Origin: Azolla caroliniana
Taxonomy: Eukaryota; Plantae; Polypodiophyta
Direction of reading: 5' to 3'
DNA: 12,464 nucleotides
Assembly: GCA_043228905.1 (NCBI GenBank)
Contig: JBHGNT010001062.1
Span: forward strand, 1 to 12,464
In this document: one piece after another, positions 1 to 9,893 of the stretch
Layout of the letters: every line of letters begins with the position of its first letter
Numbering within the stretch: the stretch's first letter is position 1
Position numbers and translations under genes: made by a program
Notes under the pieces: model-generated
Databases searched by the model: none
Told to the model about the DNA's origin: nothing
The model's input: only the letters and a program-made list of their open reading frames with translations

Positions 1-1387
1 TGATATCACATGAGCCAGATATGAACATTTTAATTTACTGACGCACTCTTCTCTAGTACCTCCTCAAGTTTGCTAATTTAGTCATGTCTCTCGACCTGAG
101 TTTCAAAATCTTGAATTTTTAATTCTATATCATAGCTAGCATTGTATGCTTCGATTCGCATGTTTGAACACAAAATTCCGATATCACAAGAGCCAAATAT
201 GAACATTTTAATTTACTGACCCACTCTTCTCTACTACCTCCTCAAATAAGATAATTTCATCATGTCGCTCGACCTGAGTTTCAAAATCTTGAATTTTTAA
301 TTCTATATCATAGCTAGCGTTGTTAGCTTCGTTTCGCATGTTTGAACACAGAAATCCGATATCACACGAGCCAGGTATGAACATTTTAATTTTCTCACTA
401 GCTCTTCTCCACTCCATCCTCAAATAAGCTAATTTCCTCATGTCTCTCGACCTGAGTTTCAAAATCTTGATTTCTTAATTATGTATCATAGCTAGCATTG
501 TTATCTTCAATTCGCATGTTTGAACACAGAAATCCGATATCACACGAGCCAGGTATAAACATTTTAATTTACTCACTGGCTTTTCTCCACTCTATCCTCA
601 AATAAGCTAATTTCCTCATGTCTCTCGACCTGGGTTTCAAAATCTTGATTTTTTAATTCTATATCATAGCTAGCGTTGTTAGCTTCGATTCGCATGTTTG
701 AACACAGAAATCCGATATCACATGAGCCAGATATGAACATTTTAATTTACTGACACACTCTTCTCCACTACCTCCTCAAATTTGATAATTTCCTCATGTC
801 TCTCGACCTGAGTTTCAAAATCTTGATTTTTTAATTCTGTATCATAGCTAGCATTGTTAGCTTCGATACGCATGTTTGAATACAGCAATCCGATATCACA
901 CGAGCCAGGTATGAACATTTTAATTTACTGACACACTTTTCTCTAGTACCTCCTCAAATTTGCTAATTTAGTCATGTCTCTCGACCTGAGTTTCAAAATC
1001 TTGAATTTTTAATTCTATATCATAGCTAGCATTGTATGCTTCGATTCGCATGTTTGAACACAGAAATCCGATATTACACGAGCCACATATGAACATTTTA
1101 ATTTACTGACCCACTCTTCTCCACTATCTCCTAAAATTTGCTAATTTCCTCATGTCTCTCGACCTGAGTTTCAAAATCTTTATTTTTTAATTCTATATCA
1201 TAGCTAGCGTTGTTTGCTTTGTTTCGAATGTTTGAACACAGAAATCCGATATCACACGAGCCAGGTATGAACATTTTAATTTACTCACTGGCTCTTCTCG
1301 ACTCCATCCTCAAATAAGCTAATTTCCTCATGTCTCTCGACCTGGGTTTCAAAATCTTAATTTTTTAATTCTATATCATAGCTAGCA

Positions 1388-2454
1388 TTGTTAGCTTCGA
1401 TTCGCATGTTTGAACACAGAAATCCGATATCACAAGAGCCATGTATGAAGATTTTAATTTACTGACACACTCTTCTCCACTACCTCCTCAAATTTCCTAA
1501 TTTCGTCATGTCTCTCGACCTGAGTTTCAAAATCTTGAATTTTTAATTCTATATCATAGCTAGCGTTATTTGCTTCGATTCGCATGTTTGAACACAGCAA
1601 TCCGATATCACACGAGCCAGGTATGAACATTTTAATTTACTGATACACTTTTCTCTAGTACCTCCTCAAATTTGCTAATTTAGTCATGTCTCTCGACCTG
1701 AGTTTCAAAATCTTGAATTTTTAATTCTATATCATAGCTAGCATTGTATGCTTCGATTCGTATGTTTGAACACAGAAATCCGATATCACACGAGCCAGGT
1801 ATGAACATTTTAATTTACTGACCCACTCTTCTCCACTACCACCTCAAATTTGCTAATTTCCTCATGTCTCTCGACCTGAGTTTCAAAATCTTGAATTTTT
1901 AATTCTGTATCATAGCTAGCGTTGTTAGCTTCGATTCGCATGTTTGAACACAGAAATCCGATATCACAAGAGCCATGTATGAAGATTTTAATTTACTGAC
2001 ACACTCTTCTCCACTACCTCCTCAAATTTCCTAATTTCGTCATGTCTCTCGACCTGAGTTTCAAAATCTTGAATTTTTAATTCTATATCATAGCTAGCGT
2101 TATTTGCTTCGATTCGCATGTTTGAACACAGCAATCCGATATCACACGAGCCAGGTATGAACATTTTAATTTACTGATACACTTTTCTCTAGTACCTCCT
2201 CAAATTTGCTAATTTAGTCATGTCTCTCGACCTGAGTTTCAAAATCTTGAATTTTTAATTCTATATCATAGCTAGCATTGTATGCTTCGATTCGCATGTT
2301 TGAACACAGAAATCCGATATCACACGAGCCAGGTATGAACATTTTAATTTACTGACCCACTCTTCTCCACTACCACCTCAAATTTGCTAATTTCCTCATG
2401 TCTCTCGACCTGACTTTCAAAATCTTGAATTTTTAATTCTGTATCATAGCTAGC
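1388..2454. repeat. Recent tandem duplication of a 3-monomer (534-bp) block
   Basis: 1388-1920 vs 1922-2454 differ at only two positions by eye (1761 T/2295 C; 1880 G/2414 C). They share private variants AGAGCCATGTATGAAGATT, TTTCCTAA, GTTATTTGC, GATACAC and TACCACC. Confidence 0.92.
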
Positions 2455-3057
2455 ATTGTTAGCTTCGATTCTCATGTTTGAACACAGAAATCCGTTATCA
2501 CACGAGCCAGGTATGAACATTTTAATTTACTGACACACTCTTCTCCACTACCTCCTCAAATTTGGTAATTTCGTCATGTCTCTCGATCTGAGTTTCAAAA
2601 TCTTGATTTTTTAATTCTGTATCATAGCTAGCATTGTTAGCTTCGATTTGCATGTTTGAACACAGAAATCCGATATCACACGAGCCAGGTATGAACATTT
2701 TAATTTACTGTCCCACTCTTCTCCACTACCTCCTCAAATTTGATAATTTCCTCATGTCTCTCGACCTGAGTTTCAAAATCTTGATTTTTTAATTCTATAT
2801 CATAGCTAACATGGTTAGCTTCGATTCGCATGTTTGAACACAGAAATCCGATATCACATGAGCCAGGTATGAACATTTTAATTTACTGACACACTCTTCT
2901 CCACTACCTCCTCAAATTTGCTAATTTCCTCATGTCTCTCAACCTGAGTTTCAAAATCTTGAATTTTTAATTCTATATCATAGCTAGCGTTGTTAGCTTC
3001 GATTCGCATGTTTGAATACAAAAATCCGATATCACACGAGCCAGGTATGAACATTTT

Positions 3058-3160
3058 AATTTACTGACACACTCTTCTCCACTACCTCCTCAAATTTTAT
3101 AATTTCAATTTACTGACCCACTCTTCTCTACTACCTCCTCAAATAAGATAATTTATTATG
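3058..3160. other. Out-of-register junction: a 49-bp segment is present twice (best read as a deletion of 129 bp + n x 178), plus a nearby 1-bp deletion
   Basis: AATTTACTGAC starts at both 3058 and 3107. The anchor interval 3028-3254 is 226 bp (178+49-1). Confidence 0.9.
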
Positions 3161-4227
3161 TCTCTCGACCTGAGTTTCAAAATTTTGAATTTTGAATTCT
3201 ATATCATAGCTAGCATTGTTAGCTTCGATTCGCAAGTTTGAATACAGAAATCCGATATCACACGAGCCAGGTATGAACATTTTAATTAACTCACGGGCTC
3301 TTCGCAATCCCCTCCTCAAATTTGCTAATTTCGTCATGTCTCTCGACCTGAGTTTCGAAATCTCGATTTTTTAATTCCATATCATACATAGTGTTGTTAG
3401 CTTCGATTCGCATGTTTGAACACAAAAATCCGATATCACACAAGCCAGGTATGACAATTTTAATTTACTCACGCGCTCTTCTCAACTCTCTCCTCAAAAT
3501 TGCTAATTTCGTCATGTCTCTCGACCTGAGTTTTAAAATCTTAATTTTTTAATTCCATATCATAGCTAACGTTGCTAGCTTCGATTCGCATGTTTGAACA
3601 CTAAAATCCGATGTCACACGGGCCAGGTATGAATATTTTAATTTACTCTCGGGCTCATCTCAACTCCCTCATCAAATTTGGTAATTTCTTCACGTCTCTC
3701 GGCCTGAGTTTCAAAATCTTGATTTTTTAATTCAATATCGTAGGTAGCGTTGTTAGCTTCGATTCGCATGTTTGAACACTAACATCCGATATCACACGAG
3801 CCAGGTATGAACATTTTAATTAACTCACGGGCTCTTCTCAACTCCCTCATCAAATTTGGTAATTACTTCACGTCTCTCGACCTGAGTTTCAAAATCTTCA
3901 TTTTTTAATTCCATATCGTAGGTAGCGTTGTTATCTTCGATTCGCATGTTTGAACACTAAAATCCGATGTCACACGGGCTAGGTATGAATATTTTAATTT
4001 ACTCTCGGGCTCCTCTCAACTCCCTCATGAAATTTGGTAATTTCTTCACGTCTCTCGGCCTGAGTTTCAAAATCTTGATTTTTTAATTCAATATCGTAGG
4101 TAGCGTTGTTAGCTTCGATTCGCATGTTTGAACACTAACATCCGATATCACACAGGCCAGGTATGAACATATTAATTTACTCGCGGGCTCTTCTCAACTC
4201 CCTCATCAAATTTGGTAATTTTTTCAC

Positions 4228-4583
4228 GTCTCTCGACCTGAGTTTCAAAATCTCGATTTTTTAATTTCATATCGTAGGTAGCGTTGTTAGCTTCGATTCG
4301 CATGTTTGAACACTAACATCCGATCTCACACGGGCCAGGTATGAACATTTTAATTTACTCACGCGCTCTTCTCAATTCCCTCCTCAAATATGCTAATTTC
4401 GTCATGTCTCTCGACCTGAGTTTCAAAATCTCGATTTTTTAATTTCATATGGTAGGTAGCGTTGTTAGCTTCGATTCGCATGTTTGAACACTAACATCCG
4501 ATCTCACACGGGCCAGGTATGAACATTTTAATTTACTCACGCGCTCTTCTCAATGCCCTCCTCAAATATGCTAATTTCGTCAT
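4228..4583. repeat. Recent single-monomer (178-bp) tandem duplication
   Basis: 4228-4405 vs 4406-4583 differ at two positions (4273/4451; 4377/4555). They share rare variants AATTTCATAT, GATCTCAC and AAATATGC. Confidence 0.85.
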
Positions 4584-7500
4584 GTCTCTTGACCTGAGTT
4601 TCAAAATCTTGATTTTTTCATTCCATATCATAGGAAGCGTTGTTAGCTTCGATTCGCATGTTTGAACAGTAACATCCGATATCACACGAACCAGGTATGA
4701 CAATTTTAATTTCCTCACGCGCTCTTCTTAACTCCCTCCTCAAATTTGCTAATTTCGTCATGTCTCTCGACCTGAGTTTTAAAATCTTGATTTTTTAATT
4801 CCATATCATAGCTAACGTTGTTAGCTTCGATTCGCATGTTTGAACACGAAAATCCGATGTCACACGGGCCGGGTATGAACATTTTAATTTACTCTCGGGC
4901 TCTTCTCAACTCCCTCATCAAATTTGGTAATTACTTCACGTCTCTCGACCTGAGTTTCAAAATCTTCATTTTTTAATTCCATATCGTAGGTAGCGTTGTT
5001 AGCTTCGATTCGCATGTTTGAACACTAAAATCCGATGTCACACGGGCCAGGTATGAATATTTTAATTTACTCTCGGGCTCCTCTCAACTCCCTCATCAAA
5101 TTTGGTAATTTCTTCACGTCTCTCGGCCTGAGTTTCAAAATCTTGATTTTTTAATTCAATATCGTAGGTAGCGTTGTTAGCTTCGATTCGCATGTTTGAA
5201 CACTAACATCCGATATCACACAGGCCAGGTAAGAACATTTTAATTTACTCGCGGGCTCTTCTCAACTCCCTCATCAAATTTGGTAATTTTTTCACGTCTC
5301 TCGACCTGAGTTTCAGAATCTCGATTTTTTATTTTCATATCGTAGGTAGCGTTGTAAGCTTCGATTCGCATGTTTGAACACTAACATCCGATCTCACACG
5401 GGCCAGGTATGAACATTTTAATTTACTCACACGCTCTTCTCAATTCCCTCCTCAAATATGCTAATTTCGTCATGTCTCTGGACCTGAGTTTTAAAATCTT
5501 GATTTTTCAAATCCATATCATAGCTAACGTTGTTACCTTCGATTCGCATGTTTGAACACAAAAATCCGATGTCACACGAGCCAGGTATGAGCATTTTAAT
5601 TTAGTCACGCGCTCTTCTCAATTCCCTCCTCAAATTTGGTAATTTCTTCATGCCTCTCGACCTGAGTTTTAAAATCTTGATTTCTTAATTCCATATCATC
5701 GCTAGTGTTGTTAGTTTCGATTCACATGTTTGAACACAAAAATCCGATATCACACGAGCCAGGTATGCACTGTCTAATTTACTCACGCGCTCTTCTCAAC
5801 TCCCTCATCAAATTTGGTAATTCCTTCATGTGTCTCGACCTGAGTTTTCAAAATCTTGATTTTTCAATTCCATATCATAGCTAATGTTGTTAGCTTCGAT
5901 TCGCATGTTTGAACACTAACATCCGATGTCACACGGGCCAGGTATGAACATTTTAATTTACTCACGCGCTCTACTCAATTCCCTCCTCAAATTTGCTAAT
6001 TTCTTCATGTCTCTTGACCTGAGTTTTAAAATCTTGATTTTTCAAATCCATATCATAGCTAACGTTGTTAGCTTCGATTCGCATGTTTGAACACAAAAAT
6101 CCGATGGCACACGAGCCAGCTATGAGCATTTTAATTTAGTCACGCGCTCTTCTCAACTCCCTCCTCAAATTTGCTAATTTCGTCATGTCTTTCGACCTGA
6201 GTTTCAAAATATTGATTTTTTAATTCCATATCGTAGGTAGCGATGTTAGCTTCGATTCGCATGTTTGAACACTAACATACGATATCACACGAGCCAGGTA
6301 TGAACATTTTAATTTACTCACGCGCTCTTCTCAATTCCCTCCTCAAATTTGGTAATTTCTTCATGTCTCTTGACCTGAGTTTTAAAATCTTGATTTTTCA
6401 AATCCATATTATAGCTAACGATGTTAGCTTCGATTCGCATGTTTGAACACAAACATCCGATGTCACACGGGCCAGGTATGAACATTTTAATTTACTCTCG
6501 GGCTCTTCTCAACTCCCTCATCAAATTTGGTAATTCCTTCATGTCTCTCGACCTGAGTTTCACAATCTTGATTTTCTATTTCCTTATCATAGCTAGTGTT
6601 GTTACCTTCGATTCGCTTGTTTGAACACAAAAATCCGATGTCACACAGGCCAGGTATGAGCATTTTAATTTAGTCACGCGCTCTTCTCAATTCCCTCCTT
6701 AAATTTGGTAATTTCTTCATGTCTTTCGACCTGAGTTTTAAAATCTTGATTTCTTAATTCCATATCATCGCTAGTGTTATTAGTTTCGATTCGCATGTTT
6801 GAACACAAAAATCCGATATCACACGAGCTAGGTATGCACTATTTAATTTAGTCACGCGCTCTTCTCAACTCCCTCATCAAATTTGGTAATTCCTTCATGT
6901 GTCTCGACCTGAGTTTCAAAATCTTGATTTTTCAATTCCATATCATAGCTAACATTGTTAGCTTCGATTCGCATGTTTGAACACTAACATCCGATCTCAC
7001 ACGGGCCAGGTATGAACATTTTAATTTACTCACGCGCTCTTCTCAACTCCCTCCTCAAATTTGCTAATTTCGTCATGTCTCTCGACCTGAGTTTTAAAAT
7101 CTTAATTTTTTAATTCCATATCATAGCTAACGTTGCTAGCTTCGATTCGCATGTTTGAACACTAAAATCCGATGTCACACGGGCCAGGTATGAATATTTT
7201 AATTTACTCTCGGGCTCCTCTCAACTCCCTCATCAAATTTGGTAATTTCTTCACGTCTCTCGGCCTGAGTTTCAAAATCTTGATTTTTTAATTCAATATC
7301 GTAGGTAGCGTTGTTAGCTTCGATTCGCATGTTTGAACACTAACATCCGATATCACACGAGCCAGGTATGAACATTTTAATTAACTCACGGGCTCTTCGC
7401 AACCCCCTCCTCAAATTTGCTAATTTCGTCATGTCTCTCGACCTGAGTTTTAAAACCTTGATTTTTTAATTCCATATCATAGGAAGCGTTGTTAGCTTCG

Positions 7501-7597
7501 ATTCGCATGTTTGAACAGTAACATCCGATATCACACGGGCCAGGTATGAATATTTTAATTAACTCACAGGCTCTTCGCAACCCCCTCCTCAAATTTG

Positions 7598-7707
7598 CTA
7601 ATTTCGTCATGTCTCTCGACCTGAGTTTCAAAATCTCGATTTTTTAATTCTACTAATTTCGTCATGTCTCTGGACCTGAGTTTCAAAATCTCGATTTTTT
7701 AATTCCA
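7598..7707. other. Out-of-register junction: a 55-bp segment is present twice (best read as a ~479-bp deletion from the higher-order unit)
   Basis: CTAATTTCGTCATGTCTC starts at both 7598 and 7653. The anchor interval 7527-7760 is 233 bp (178+55). Confidence 0.9.
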
Positions 7708-9893
7708 TATCATACCAAGTGTTGTTAGCTTCGATTCGCATGTTGGAACACAAAAATCCGATATCACACGAGCCAGGTATAACAATTTTAATTTACTCAC
7801 GCGCTCTTCTCAACTCCCTCCTCAAATTTGCTAATTTCGTCATTTCTGTCGACCTCAGTTTTAAAATCTTGATTTTTTAATTCCATATCATAGCTAACGT
7901 TGTTAGCATCGATTCGCATGTTTGAACACTAAAATCCGTTGTCACACGGGCGAGGTATAAACATTTTAATTTATTTTCGGGCTCATCCCAACTCCCTCAT
8001 CAAATTTGGTAATTTCTTCACGTCTCTTGACCTGAGTTTCAAAATCTTGATTTTTTAATTCCATATCGTAGGTAGCAATGTTAGCTTCGATTCGCATGTT
8101 TGAACACTAACATCCGATATCACACGAGCCAGGTATGAACATTTTAATTAACTCACGGGCTCTTCGCAATCCCCTCCTCAAATTTGCTAATTTCGTCATG
8201 TCTCTCGACCTCAGTTTCAAAATTTCGTTTTTTTAACTCCATATAATACCTAGTGTTGTTAGCTTCGATTCGCATGTTTGAATACAAAAATCCGATATCA
8301 CACAAGCCAGGTATGACAATTTTAATTTACTCACGCGCTCTTATCAACTCCCTCCCCAAATTTGCTAATTTCGTCATGTCTGTCGACCTGAGTTTTAAAA
8401 TCTTAATTTTTTAATTCCATATCATAACTAACGTTGCTAGCTTCGATTCGCATGTTTGAACACTAAAATCCGATGTCACACGGGCCAGGTATGAACATTT
8501 TAATTTACTCTCGGGCTCTTCGCAACTCCCTCATCAAATTTGCTAATTTCGTCATGTCTCTCGACCTGAGTTTTAAAATCTTGATTTTTGAATTCCATAT
8601 CATAGCTAACGTTGTTAGCTTCGATTTGCATGTTTGAGCACTAAAATCCGTTGTCACACGGGCCAGTTATGAACATTTTAATTTACTCTCGCGCTCTTCC
8701 CAACTCCCTCATCAAATTTGGTCATTTCTTCACGTCTCTCGACCTGAGTTTCAAAATCTTGATTTTTTAATTCCATATCGTAGGTAGCGTTGTTAGCTTC
8801 GATTCGCATGTTTGAACACGAAAATCCGATGTCACACGGGCCAGGTATGAACATTTTAATTTACTCTCGGGCTCTTCTCAACTCCCTCATCCAATTTGGT
8901 AATTTCTTCACGTCTCTCGACCTGAGTTTCAAAATGTTGATTTTTTAATTCCATATCGTAGGTAGCATTGTTAGCTTCGATTCGCATGTTTGAATACTAA
9001 CATCCGATATCACACGAGCCAGGTATGAACAATTTAATTAACTCACGGGCTCTTCGCAACCCCCTCCAAAAATTTGCTAATTTCGCCATGTCTCTCGACC
9101 TGAGTTTCAAAATCTCGATTTTTTAATTCTATATCATAGCTAGTGTTGTTAGCTTCGATTTGCATGTTTGAACACAAAAATCCGATATCACAGAAGCCAG
9201 GTATGAACATTTTAATTTACTCACGCGCTCTTCTCAACTCCCTCCTCAAATTTGCTAATTTCGTCATGTCTCTCGACCTGAGTTTTAAAATCTTGATTTT
9301 TTAATTCCATATCATATCTAACGTTGTTAGCTTCGATTCGCATGTGTGAGCACTAAACTCCGTTGTCACACGGGCGAGGTATGAACATTTTAACTTACTC
9401 TCGGGCTCTTCTCAACTCCCTCATCAAATTTGATAATTCCTTCACGTCTCTCGACCTGAGTTTCAAAATGTTGATTTTTTTATTCCATATTGTAGTTAGC
9501 GTTCTTAGCTTCGATTCGCATGTTTGAACACAAAAATCCGATGTCACACGGGCCAGGTATGAACATTTTTATTTACTCTCGGGCTCTTCTCAACTCCCTC
9601 ATCAAATCTGCTAATTTCGTCATGTCTCTCGACATGAGTTTCAAAATCTCGATTTTTTAATTCCATATCATACCTAGTATTGTTAGCTTCGATTTGCATG
9701 TTGGAACACAAAAATCCGATATCACACGAGCCAGGTATAACAATTTTAATTTACTCACGCTCTTCTCAACTCCCTCATCAAATTTGGTAATTTCTTCACG
9801 TCTCTCGACCTGAGTTTCAAAATCTAGATTTTTTAATTCCATATCATAGCTAGCGTTGTTAGCTTCGATTCGCATGTTTGAACACTAACATCC

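Larger units (their letters stand above)
1..3253. repeat. Satellite subfamily A domain (18 monomers plus a fragment)
   Basis: Diagnostic variants in most monomers: TTACTGAC(A/C)CACTC, CCACTACCTCC, AATTCT(A/G)TATC, CACAGAAATCC. Confidence 0.9.

Noticed and set aside
3058-3300. Transposon insertion or footprint at the irregular junction
   Set aside because: Every base is satellite-derived. There are no LTR/TIR ends or foreign sequence, and no inversion is seen anywhere in the window.
3401-3420. CENP-B box-like motif in CTTCGATTCGCATG
   Set aside because: Only the TTCG part of nTTCGnnnnAnnCGGGn matches. The A and CGGG positions are absent.
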